64,000 nt of DNA, from assembly GCA_964420395.1 (NCBI GenBank), contig CAYQTJ010000001.1:17006-81005 (forward strand), in the 5' to 3' direction. The DNA is from an uncultured Fibrobacteraceae bacterium (GTDB taxonomy: Bacteria; Krumholzibacteriota; Krumholzibacteriia; LZORAL124-64-63). Under the pieces are notes generated by a model. It saw only the letters and a list, made by a program, of their open reading frames with translations, searched no databases and was not told the origin of the DNA. The translations under genes were made by a program, and so were the position numbers. Positions within the stretch are counted from its first letter, which is position 1. Every line of letters begins with the position of its first letter. Below, piece by piece: positions 54,721 to 63,588 of the stretch.

Positions 54721-55558
54721 GTACCGGGCATACCTGTGCGATGTCGAAGGGGTGCTGGTGCGGGACAAGGGCTACCGCGCGGTGCCGGGATCGGTGGCGT
54801 GGTTCAACCGGCTGGCGGCGCGCGGCATCGCCTCCTGCCTCGTCAGCAACAACAGCACCCACACTCCGGCCGAGCTGGGCGAGGCCCTGCGCGCCGCCGG
54901 CTTCGCCGTGGCGCCGGAGCGGATCGTCACCGCCCTGGAACTCGCCGCCGGGCGACTGGCGTCCGACGGCCGGCGGCGGCTGCTCTGGCTGGGGCACCCG
55001 CGCCTGGCCGGCTGGTGGCGGGAGCGCGGGTTCACGCTCGTGGGCGAGCCTCCCCCCGGCGGGGCGGCCGGCGCGGCCGGCGGGGCGCCCGGCGGGGCCA
55101 CGGCGGCAGGCGGGGAGGCCGACGCCGTCGTGCTGGGGGTCAACCCGACCCTCGGCGTGCCGGAACTCGAGCGGGCGCTCGGCTGCCTGCTGGCGGGGCA
55201 GACGGCGCTGATCGCGCTGCACCGCAACCATTTCTGGCTGGACGAGCGGGGGGAGCGCCGGCTGGGGCCGGGCGCCTGGTGCGCCGCCCTGGAGACCGCC
55301 GCCGGCTGCGCGGCGGTCACGATCGGCAAGCCGGAGGAGCCGATCTACCGGGAAGCGCTGGAAAGGGTTGGCGTCGCCGCGCCGGAGGCCCTATTCATTT
55401 CAGATGATCCCCTGGCGGATCTGCCGACCGCGAAGCGGCTCGGCATGGGGACCGCCTTCGTCCTGAGCGGCAAGCACGCGGATCATGCGGTGCTGCGCCG
55501 CCTCGAGCAGGCGGAGTGGCCGGACGTCATCTGCGACCGGCCCGAACACGTCGGTTGA
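54704..55558 (+). CDS. HAD-IIA (NagD-like) hydrolase-family protein
   Basis: The GTG at 54704 overlaps the glycosyltransferase 3' end by 17 nt. Motif I reads LCDVEGVL (DxE instead of DxD). Also SNNS (motif II) and GKPE...FISDD (motifs III/IV). Confidence 0.75.
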   Translation: MPPPREYRAYLCDVEGVLVRDKGYRAVPGSVAWFNRLAARGIASCLVSNNSTHTPAELGEALRAAGFAVAPERIVTALELAAGRLASDGRRRLLWLGHPRLAGWWRERGFTLVGEPPPGGAAGAAGGAPGGATAAGGEADAVVLGVNPTLGVPELERALGCLLAGQTALIALHRNHFWLDERGERRLGPGAWCAALETAAGCAAVTIGKPEEPIYREALERVGVAAPEALFISDDPLADLPTAKRLGMGTAFVLSGKHADHAVLRRLEQAEWPDVICDRPEHVG

Positions 55559-55587
55559 GCGGCCCGCGCCGCGGACGGGGAGCGGAT

Positions 55588-56508
55588 TTGGCGCTCGAGA
55601 GCGACAGCGCGGTGCGGTACGGCGGCCCGTCATCCGGCGGCCCACCCCCGGCCGAGGAGAAGGAACGCGAACGGGCGGTCCGGCCGGAGACGATCCGCCA
55701 CGCCCTCACCGCCTGGGAACTGGAATCCACCCGCGGACAGCGGCCCGACACGCCGCGCGCCCGGGCCAGCCTGCTGCGCGCCCACCAGCGGCTGCGCGCG
55801 GAGATGGAAGAACGGCGGGGCGTCCCGCCGGCCGACCGATCGATCATGCTCGCCGGGGAGGAGGGGGCGGACGCGGTGCTGGTCATCCACGGCGCCACCT
55901 CCACGCCGGCCGAGATGCGGCCGCTCGCCGAGGCGATCCACGCCGCCGGCTTCACCGTCTACGCCCCGCTCTTGCCGACCCGCGCCAATCTCGCGCCGGG
56001 CCTCGGCGACGTCCTCTGGCGGGCCTGCCTGCAGGAGGCCCGGCTGCGGCTGCGCTTCCTGCGCGAGGTGGGCCCGCGCGTGCACGTCGTCGGCCTGAGC
56101 TTCGGCGCCGCGATCGCCATCCACCTCGCCGGCGAGGAGAAGCCGCAGGGGGTGGTCCTGCTCGCGCCGGCCCTCGAGCCGCGCCTGCCGCTCTACGTGC
56201 GGCTGCTGCTGCGGCTGAACGTGCACCGGTTGCAGTGGGTGCGGCGCAAGTACGGCTGGAGCCTCGAGGTGCTCGAGGCGATGGAGAGGGCGCGGCCGCT
56301 GCTCTCCCGGCTCGACATGCCGGTCTACGCGGCGCAGTGCCAGGACGACGAGCGGATCGCGGCCGTCTCCCTGCGGATGGTCCAGCGCAAGGCCAGGCAC
56401 AAGGCCTCCCGCTTCCGCCTCTACCCCCGCGGAGGGCACCGGATCCTGCAGGCCCACGGTCCCGCCGGCCTCCACGCCGAAATCGTCGACTTCCTGCGGG
56501 AGATCTGA
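55588..56508 (+). CDS. Alpha/beta-hydrolase (carboxylesterase-like)
   Basis: The start is uncertain: TTG 55588, GTG 55516 or ATG 55804. Contains VLVIHGATSTP, the nucleophile elbow VVGLSFGAAIA and a C-terminal GGHRIL (His). Confidence 0.7.
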   Translation: MALESDSAVRYGGPSSGGPPPAEEKERERAVRPETIRHALTAWELESTRGQRPDTPRARASLLRAHQRLRAEMEERRGVPPADRSIMLAGEEGADAVLVIHGATSTPAEMRPLAEAIHAAGFTVYAPLLPTRANLAPGLGDVLWRACLQEARLRLRFLREVGPRVHVVGLSFGAAIAIHLAGEEKPQGVVLLAPALEPRLPLYVRLLLRLNVHRLQWVRRKYGWSLEVLEAMERARPLLSRLDMPVYAAQCQDDERIAAVSLRMVQRKARHKASRFRLYPRGGHRILQAHGPAGLHAEIVDFLREI

Positions 56509-56681
56509 CCCCGGGAGCGGCCCGCCGCCGCTCCCCGTTTCGCGCCAGAATCCGCTACGGTCCGCCGATTCCCGGTCGAAATGCACAGAGAGCCGGGGCG
56601 CCCCGGCCGCGCCAGGATCCCGTGTCCGGCGGGCGCGGCCGCGCGTTGCGGTCCCGCTGTGAGCAACGAAAGGAAGCCGGG

Positions 56682-58541
56682 ATGAGCGAGCGTGAGGACG
56701 AGTTCGGCGCGGACCCCGACGCCGAGGCCTGGAAGGACTCGCCCGCGGCCGGAGATTCGCCGGCCGTCACGGGCTGGGAAGCGTGGGATACGAAGCCGGA
56801 GCCCGCCGCCGCGCCGACGGCGCCTCACCGCCACGGACCGCTGGGCGGCTTGCAGCCGCCGTGGCTGCCGGGCGCGCTGAGCGCCCTGCTCGTGGTGCTC
56901 GCGGGCGCGGTCGCCTTCGGGGCGGCGCGCGGCGGCTTCAGGGGGCCGCTCGACGTGCGCGGCCTGGTCGGTCTCGGCTTCGCCGCGGGCGGCGCGCTGG
57001 CGCTGGCGGCGCTCGCCGGGTGGGCGGTCAGCACGCTGGCGGCCCGCTACGAGCGCGAGCACCGGCGGCACCGCGCCCTGCTGGCCCGGCTGGGGACGCT
57101 CGACCTGGACAGCGACAGCGGCTGGCAGGATCCGTCGCTGCGCGCCGAGGGGGACCTGTCGCGGTTCCTCGACGCCGTGCGGGCCCGCGATCGCCTGCAG
57201 CGGTCGGCGCTGGCCAGGTCCGCGGTCCTCGAGGGGGAACTGACCCGCCTCGGCAAGGGGCTGCTCGCGGGCGAACGGTCCGCCGTCACCGAGGCGTACG
57301 AGATGCCGCTGGTCGGCCGGGCCGCGTCGGGAGCGGCGCTGCTGCACGAGGAGATCGACCGGCTGCGCGTCGCGCAGGCGGAACTGGAAGCGAAGCTGCA
57401 GGAGGCCGGCGGCCAGGCCACGACCGCCGCCGCCGAGGCGCGGCGCTGGCAGGCCCAGGCCGGCGGGCGCCTGGGCGCCCTGCAGACCGCCCTGCAGCGC
57501 GTCGGGTCCGAGACCCAGCGGCTGGCCGGCGCCTTCGCGGAGAAGCTGCGCGCGCTCGAGGAGATCGAGCAGCGCGGGGTGCCTTCGCTCGTCGACGTGC
57601 GGGGCGCCCTGCCGGCGGAGGCCGCCGGCGCCCAGGCGGGGCAGTTGATCCAGACCGCGCACGCCATCAAGGACCTGGTCGCCCGCGGCGGCAGCCTGGC
57701 GATCCAGACCGCCCTCGAGGTGACGCGGCTGGGCGATCGGGGGGAGACTCTCTTCCCGCTCACGGAGAGCCTCAAGAGCCTGGTCACGGAGTTCCAGGGC
57801 ATCGCGACCCGCCTCGAGAGGGCGGCGCGCGACCAGGAGTCGACCGGGTCGGCGCTGGCCCGCGCGCAGGCCCAGATGGACGAAATCGTCGCCGCCTCCG
57901 GGCGCGACATCCCCGAGCCGGAAGCGTGGCGCCGCGGCGCCGCGCGGGCCGGCGAGCTCCGGGCCGCCCTCGTGCGGATCGGCGCCGACGCCGACGCCCT
58001 CGTGCAGGCCTTCGCGGAGCAGGGCGCGCGCCTCGAGGCGCTCGCCGGGGCGCTGTCCGAGCTGACCGGAGTCGCCTGCGAGGCGATCGACGCGACGGCG
58101 CCCGGCGCCGGCGGCTTCGAGATCGAGGCGTTCGGCGGCCCGGCGCTCGGCGAGTCGGATCCCGCGTTCCCGGCCCGGGCCCCGGCGGCACCGCCGGCAA
58201 CGCCCGCGCCGGCCGCGCCGACGGCGGCCGCCCCCGCGCACGACCGCCTCTTCGCGGTGGACGCGCCTCCGGCCGGGGCGCCCGCGGCGCCGGCCGCGCC
58301 GCGCGGCGGATCGATCTTCGCGCCGGAGGAGCCGCGGCTCGATGGCGGCGAACCGGACGCGCCGGCGACCCCGGAGGCTCCCGCGGAGGCTGCCGCGGAG
58401 GCGGAGCGCATCTACGAGCTGGCGGAGTTCGGCGCCGTCGCGCTCGACGCTCCGTCGGCGGCGCCGGCGGCACCGCCGGCGATGGAGGAGGAGGATCACA
58501 TTTACGATCTTCACGAACTGGGCGCCGTGGCCCTCGGCTGA
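56682..58541 (+). CDS. Two-TM membrane protein with a long coiled-coil and a divergent MCP signalling-tip-like segment; twin C-terminal IY(E/D)L.E(F/L)GAVAL motifs
   Basis: The ATG at 56682 follows AAAGGAAG. 619 aa. TM helices span about aa 61-82 and 94-117. Residues 339-368 (LAIQTALEVTRLGDRGETLFPLTESLKSLV) align by eye to the MCP tip [30 protein letters not shown]. Confidence 0.6.
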   Translation: MSEREDEFGADPDAEAWKDSPAAGDSPAVTGWEAWDTKPEPAAAPTAPHRHGPLGGLQPPWLPGALSALLVVLAGAVAFGAARGGFRGPLDVRGLVGLGFAAGGALALAALAGWAVSTLAARYEREHRRHRALLARLGTLDLDSDSGWQDPSLRAEGDLSRFLDAVRARDRLQRSALARSAVLEGELTRLGKGLLAGERSAVTEAYEMPLVGRAASGAALLHEEIDRLRVAQAELEAKLQEAGGQATTAAAEARRWQAQAGGRLGALQTALQRVGSETQRLAGAFAEKLRALEEIEQRGVPSLVDVRGALPAEAAGAQAGQLIQTAHAIKDLVARGGSLAIQTALEVTRLGDRGETLFPLTESLKSLVTEFQGIATRLERAARDQESTGSALARAQAQMDEIVAASGRDIPEPEAWRRGAARAGELRAALVRIGADADALVQAFAEQGARLEALAGALSELTGVACEAIDATAPGAGGFEIEAFGGPALGESDPAFPARAPAAPPATPAPAAPTAAAPAHDRLFAVDAPPAGAPAAPAAPRGGSIFAPEEPRLDGGEPDAPATPEAPAEAAAEAERIYELAEFGAVALDAPSAAPAAPPAMEEEDHIYDLHELGAVALG

Positions 58542-58592
58542 CGACCGCGTGCCGCGCGTCCGCCCGGACGGGCGCGCGGCGCGACATCGCCC

Positions 58593-60695
58593 ATGAACGA
58601 TCACATCCAGCTCTTCACCCTGCAGTTGCGCGAGCAGCTGGCGGGGCTGCGCGAAGTGTCGGTGCAGGGCCGCTGGGACGGGCCGGCCCCCGCGTCGCTG
58701 CCCCGCGCCGTCATCGCGACCCGTCTGCTCGCCGGCAGCAGCGAACTGCTCGGCGTGACGGCGCTGCGCGACTGGCTGCGCATCCTGCTCGAGCTCCTGA
58801 ACTGGATCGCCGAGAACCCGCACGGCGCCCTGGCCGCCTACGAGCCGGTGCTGCGCGAGATCGTGGCGTTCGAGGAGGCGCTCATCGAGGGGCTGGACGG
58901 CGGGGGGGCGCCGGAGGACCTGGTGTCGCCGGAGCGCGTGGCCCGCCTGCGCCAGGGTTTCGCCGCCGCGGCGCGGGAGCATGCCACCGCGCGCGCGCGG
59001 GCGGCGTCCGGCGCGCCGCCGCGTCCGGAGCCGGAGCCGGTCCGGCTGCGTCTGGAGGGTCTCGACGACCCGCGGGCGGTCGTCTCGTGGGAGTCGATGC
59101 TGGCGATCATCGAACGGCTCGTCACCAAGGTGCCCCATCCCCGGCCGAGCGATGACCCGCAGGCCGACGAGGAGCGCTCGCGGCGCCAGCAGCGCTGGCG
59201 GCAGGTCCGTGCGCTCGGCGACTCGCTGTTCGAAACCGAGGACTACGAGCGCGACGCCGCGCCGGCGGAGGCCGAGGCGAAGGATCCCCACGAGGCGCTG
59301 CCGCTCCTGCCCGGCGGGGCCCTGTTCCGGGAGGCGCTCGGGGCGGGGTGGCGCGAGGGGCTGACCGCCGTGAAGGGGGACCAGCCGGCCGGCGGCGACG
59401 GCCGCGAGCCGTGGACGCTGCGCTGGCGCGTGCCGGGGCTGACCGTGGAGGGGGCGCCGCCGGGATCGCCCGGGGTGGACGAGCTGTTCCCGGAGGAGGA
59501 GCAGCGGCGCTACGGACGGCTGCTCGGGCTGATGGCGACCGATCTCTGCCAGGCGATCGGGCCCGCCGCGCCGCGCTGGCTGCTGCTGGTGGATCTGGGC
59601 GCGGAGCGGGTGACCGCCGAGTTCCGCCGTCCTCCGGGCCGGATGCCGGCCGAGGCGGCGCGGGCGCTCGGCCATCTGCTGGAGGAGGACTTCCTCATCG
59701 AGTCCCCCAGCCTGCGCGCCGCGCTGCGGCGGCTGCGGCGGGACGGCGCGCTCGTGCACGCGCATTTCGGACCGCGCGGCGAGGGCTGCCTCCAGGTGGT
59801 GCTGCCGCTGCACCTCGCCGGCGCGCCCGAGGTGTGCGTGCTGTCGCTCGCGGACGCGGAGGTGGCGGCCCCCCTGCACCTCGTGGAGGCGGTCGTGCCG
59901 GCGGAGGGGTGGCAGCGGCGCAGCGCGCACGACGGCGATACGCTGGTCCGCCAGGGGCAGAGCCTGCTCGCCGCCGACCTCGCCTCCTGGGTGGAACTGC
60001 TCATGCCGACCTCCACGACCGAGCCGGGCGGCCACCTCGCCCTCGTCGGTCTGGTGGAGAAGCGGGTGGCACTGCTCACCACCGGCCCGGCCCGGCGCGC
60101 CGCCGTGGTCCGCTACGTGGAGACCCCGGCCGGCTGGGAGGCGGTCGCCAGGAGCGGCGTGGAGACGGCGGGCGGGATCGTGCTGCCGCTGCTGGACATC
60201 GAGAAGGTCCTGTCGCTGCGGTTGAGCCGCGCCGAGCCGGTCGACGGGGCCGGCGGGGACCTGGCGGCCGACTGGAGTCCCGGCGGCCCCGCTCCGGCGG
60301 GCGCCGCGTCCGCCGCGTCGGACGGCGCGCCCGCGGGGGGACCGGGGGCGCGCATCCTGCTGCTGGTGGCGAGCCGATTCCGCGCGGGCGACCTGGAGGA
60401 GAAGCTGGCCAAGTCCGGCTATGCGGTCAGCGTCTGCACCGAGCCGGGCGAGGCGCGCGGCCGCCTGCGGTCCGGGGACATCGACGCGATCGTCTGCGAC
60501 AACGCGGAGCCGGCCCGCTGCCTGGACGGACTCCTCGCCCTGCTGGCGCAGCACGGCGAGACGGCGCCCGGCCCGGTCATCCTGGCGACCGGCAGCAGCG
60601 GCGAACCGGCGCGCCGCCTGGCGCGGCGGCTCGGGGCCACCGGCGTCTGGACCCCCCCCTACCTCGTGGACGAACTGCGGTCCCAACTGGTCTGA
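58593..60695 (+). CDS. CheA-like scaffold without a recognisable kinase domain: Hpt-like (His-less) N-terminus, CheW-like domain and pseudo-receiver
   Basis: 700 aa. The N-terminal four-helix-like segment ...RAVIATRLLAGSSELLGV... lies where Hpt has RxxHxxKG. The CheW-like pattern spans about aa 412-540 (VRQGQSLLAADLASW..., HLALVGLVEKRVALL, GGIVLPLLDIEKVL). In the C-terminal REC-like fold, LLLVAS replaces DD and TPP replaces KP. No N/G1/G2 ATP-binding boxes were seen. Confidence 0.55.
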   Translation: MNDHIQLFTLQLREQLAGLREVSVQGRWDGPAPASLPRAVIATRLLAGSSELLGVTALRDWLRILLELLNWIAENPHGALAAYEPVLREIVAFEEALIEGLDGGGAPEDLVSPERVARLRQGFAAAAREHATARARAASGAPPRPEPEPVRLRLEGLDDPRAVVSWESMLAIIERLVTKVPHPRPSDDPQADEERSRRQQRWRQVRALGDSLFETEDYERDAAPAEAEAKDPHEALPLLPGGALFREALGAGWREGLTAVKGDQPAGGDGREPWTLRWRVPGLTVEGAPPGSPGVDELFPEEEQRRYGRLLGLMATDLCQAIGPAAPRWLLLVDLGAERVTAEFRRPPGRMPAEAARALGHLLEEDFLIESPSLRAALRRLRRDGALVHAHFGPRGEGCLQVVLPLHLAGAPEVCVLSLADAEVAAPLHLVEAVVPAEGWQRRSAHDGDTLVRQGQSLLAADLASWVELLMPTSTTEPGGHLALVGLVEKRVALLTTGPARRAAVVRYVETPAGWEAVARSGVETAGGIVLPLLDIEKVLSLRLSRAEPVDGAGGDLAADWSPGGPAPAGAASAASDGAPAGGPGARILLLVASRFRAGDLEEKLAKSGYAVSVCTEPGEARGRLRSGDIDAIVCDNAEPARCLDGLLALLAQHGETAPGPVILATGSSGEPARRLARRLGATGVWTPPYLVDELRSQLV

Positions 60696-60918
60696 GCCCG
60701 AGGTGCGAAACCTTCCCGGCGCGAGTTGCGGTTTGCAATGCCACGCGCGTCCGCAGCGTGGCGCGCCCTGCCCCGCCGTGCCGCCGAACACCCGCCAGAG
60801 GCCCCGCCGCGGCCTTTGGGGCCCGATCCGGCCGTCGTCTACCCCGGGCATGGGAGTTGCTGTTCAGTCCGCCGCACCCATCGATCGCGCATCCCGGGGG
60901 TTGAGAGGAGCCGGAGCC

Positions 60919-61143
60919 ATGGACGAGCGCTTCAAAGACTACGCGAACATCTACATCGGAGGGGAGGACTCCGCCGTCAGCAAGGTCATGACCTCGGTGG
61001 AGGCGGCCGACTACCTGAAGATGCATGTCAAGACGGTGTGCCGGCTCGCCAAGGAAGGCAAGATCCCCGCGAAGAAGGTCGGCAGCGAATGGCGGTTCCT
61101 GCGCAGCGTGCTCGATCGCTGGCTGGCCGAGGAACTCGTTTAG
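60919..61143 (+). CDS. Small HTH_17 (excisionase/MerR-superfamily) DNA-binding protein
   Basis: 74 aa with RBS GAGAGGAG. The pattern MTSVEAADYLKMHVKTVCRLAKEGKIPAKKVGSEWRF is typical of helix-turn-helix domain 17. Lower GC than the neighbouring genes. Confidence 0.75.
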   Translation: MDERFKDYANIYIGGEDSAVSKVMTSVEAADYLKMHVKTVCRLAKEGKIPAKKVGSEWRFLRSVLDRWLAEELV

Positions 61144-61254
61144 CATGAGCGGCGCCGACCGCCGCGGCCCGGCAGGGCAGCGTCGCGGCGGCCGGCAGGG
61201 CGTCCCTCGGAGATCGTTTTCGACGGACGCGGCGGCGCCAGGGGGGCGGGTGTC

Positions 61255-63588
61255 GTGTCGATCAACTTCGAGTCGCTGAAACTGGCGCAGCCCGGCCTGT
61301 TCGGGGTGCGCCTGTGCGGCTCGGTGGGGCGCGCGGAGAAGGAGCGGCTGCGCGAGTTCACGGCCAAGTGCCTCGCCAACGGCAAGCTGCACCTGATCCT
61401 CGACATGACGGAGCTCGAAGCGGTCGGCGGCGGCGCGGCGGCCCTGATCGCCGGCTTCCAGCGCGACCTGACGGCCCGCGGCGGCGAGGCGGTGTTCGTC
61501 GGCGTGAACGACGTCGTGCGGCGCTTCCTGACGCTGCAGTTCGGCGACATCCCCTTCCGCAACTTCCCCACCGTCGGCGACGCCGAGACCGCGCTCGCGG
61601 CCTCCCGGGTCGGGACTTCGCAGCCGACCGGCGGGGCGGAGGCGACGGGGCCGGAGGCGACCGCGGCGGCCGTGCCGGCCGGGCCCGCCCCCGCGGCGAC
61701 GGTCGGTGGCGACGCCGACGGGCCGCCGGCGGAGCCGGGGACGCCACACTCCGACCGCGCGCTCGACATGCTGCTCGATTCCTTCGCGACGCGCGCCGGC
61801 TCCGCGACGAGGCCCGCCGCCGAGCCGGTCGCCGCGGACGGCGCCGGGGAGACCGTCCCCGGCCGCGTGCGGAACAAGGAGCGGGAGGCCGTCCCCTCCG
61901 CCGGTCCGGTTGCCGCCGGCGCCGGCGGGGCCTCCCGCCCCAGATTCGTCCCGCTCGACAGCGCCCTGCAGGCGCTGCGCGACGCGCCCGACGCCGCCGC
62001 CATGGCGGGACCGCTGCGCGACCTGCTGCACAGCTTCGACCTCGCGGGCGAGGTGACCTTCTGCGTCCGGCAGGGGGACGCGCTGGTCGATCCCGACAGC
62101 GGCGCCGCGTTCCCGGCCGCCGGCCGCCTGGCGGCGGCGCTGGCCGCGGCGGAGCGCCCGCTCTCGCTGCTGGACGCGGGCGAGCTCGACCTCGCCGAGG
62201 GCGAGATCCGCCTGCTGGCCGAACTGCGCGCCGACATGGTGCTGCCGGTCCTGCGCGACGGCGCGCTGGTCGCCGCGGCCGTGGTGCGCCGGGGCGGCGA
62301 AGGGCGCGAGTACGGGGTGAGCGACACCTTCGCCCTCTCGCTGCTGGCCCGCTGGCTCGCCACGCCCGGCGCGTCGGCGGATGCGGAGGCCGTGCCCGTC
62401 GCGCCGTCCCCCGAGGCGGCGGGCGCCGGCACGCCGGCCGGTGCCGGCGCGGCCGGCCGGGACCTGCCGGCCGAACTGCGCCGCAAGGTCGTGCAGATGC
62501 AGGCGCTGTTCTCGCTGTCCGAGGACTTCGCGCGGGTGCGCGACGGCGCCCGGCTGATGGACCTGCTCTGCGTGACGGTGACCGCGCAGCTCGGCGTGCG
62601 CGCGGTGGCGGTGCTGGAACTGGAGGGGGACCTGCTCACGCCGCGCATCTGCCGCGGCATCGAGATCGAGCAGGTGCCGCCGCTCGCCCCGTTCGGGGCG
62701 CAGATGCAGGGCTGGTTCGCCGAGCAGCCGCTGCCGGTGCCGGTCGAGGAGCTGCCGCCGCTGCTGCATCGCTTCCAGGGCCCGCTGGCGCAGGCCGGGT
62801 TCACGTTCGTGGCCCCCCTGCGCACGCGGGGCCAGCTGCTCGGCGTGCTCCTGCTCGGAGGCAGCGTGCGGGGCAGCCGGCCCGACCTCGACCTCGACTT
62901 CCTCTCCACCCTGCTCAACCAGGCCGCCATCGCGATGGACAACGCGCGCATGCTCCAGCAGACGCACGAGCAGAACATCGGCGTGATCCGCACCCTCGTC
63001 TCGCTGATCGAGCAGCGCCACCAGGCCGGCAGTTCGGTGACCGAGCGGGTGTCGGGCCTGGTGGCCGAGGTGGCGCGCGAGATGAGCTTCCCGACCGAGA
63101 AGATGCGCGATCTCGTCTACGGCACCGTGCTGCGCGACATCGGCATGATTCCGATCAGCGACCTGGTGCTGCGCTCCCCGCGCAAGCTGACCGAGAACGA
63201 GTGGAAGCAGGTCAAGGGGCACCCCGAGACCGGCGTGGAGCTGCTCGGTCCCCTGCAACTGCCGCCGACCATCCACGAGGTCGTGCTCTGCCACCACGAG
63301 CGCTTCAACGGGGAGGGATATCCGCGCGGGCTGCAGGGGCGGGCCATCCCGCTGAGCGCGCGCATCGTGGCGGTCGTCGAGAGCTACGTGGCGATGGTGT
63401 CGGAGCTGCCGTACCGCACCGCCCTGTCCGACGCCGAGGCGATCAGCATCCTCAACGAGAACTGGGGCATGCGCTACGATCCGGACATCGTCGAGGCGTT
63501 CCTGCGCGTTCTCGCGCGCGAGGACCGGTCCACGCGCCGTGACCCGTCCCCCGTGGACGCGGAGAGGCCCGTGGAGGCGGCGGTATGA
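61255..63588 (+). CDS. STAS - GAF - GAF - HD-GYP multidomain protein (HD-GYP apparently degenerate)
   Basis: 777 aa with a GTG start. The STAS-like N-terminus is LILDMTELEAVGGGAAALI. Two GAF-like regions follow (the second ends LLGVLLLGG). The HD-GYP region (aa ~575-752) has HHERFNGEGYPRGL, but reads VLRDIGM in place of LHDIGK and VTERV in place of H..RV. Confidence 0.8.
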   Translation: MSINFESLKLAQPGLFGVRLCGSVGRAEKERLREFTAKCLANGKLHLILDMTELEAVGGGAAALIAGFQRDLTARGGEAVFVGVNDVVRRFLTLQFGDIPFRNFPTVGDAETALAASRVGTSQPTGGAEATGPEATAAAVPAGPAPAATVGGDADGPPAEPGTPHSDRALDMLLDSFATRAGSATRPAAEPVAADGAGETVPGRVRNKEREAVPSAGPVAAGAGGASRPRFVPLDSALQALRDAPDAAAMAGPLRDLLHSFDLAGEVTFCVRQGDALVDPDSGAAFPAAGRLAAALAAAERPLSLLDAGELDLAEGEIRLLAELRADMVLPVLRDGALVAAAVVRRGGEGREYGVSDTFALSLLARWLATPGASADAEAVPVAPSPEAAGAGTPAGAGAAGRDLPAELRRKVVQMQALFSLSEDFARVRDGARLMDLLCVTVTAQLGVRAVAVLELEGDLLTPRICRGIEIEQVPPLAPFGAQMQGWFAEQPLPVPVEELPPLLHRFQGPLAQAGFTFVAPLRTRGQLLGVLLLGGSVRGSRPDLDLDFLSTLLNQAAIAMDNARMLQQTHEQNIGVIRTLVSLIEQRHQAGSSVTERVSGLVAEVAREMSFPTEKMRDLVYGTVLRDIGMIPISDLVLRSPRKLTENEWKQVKGHPETGVELLGPLQLPPTIHEVVLCHHERFNGEGYPRGLQGRAIPLSARIVAVVESYVAMVSELPYRTALSDAEAISILNENWGMRYDPDIVEAFLRVLAREDRSTRRDPSPVDAERPVEAAV

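Noticed and set aside
60700-60760. A possible sigma54 (-24/-12) promoter around TTGCGGTTTGCAA.
   Set aside because: The spacing between candidate GG and GC elements does not fit TGGCAC-N5-TTGCA. Only a small TTGC-N5-GCAA palindrome is present.
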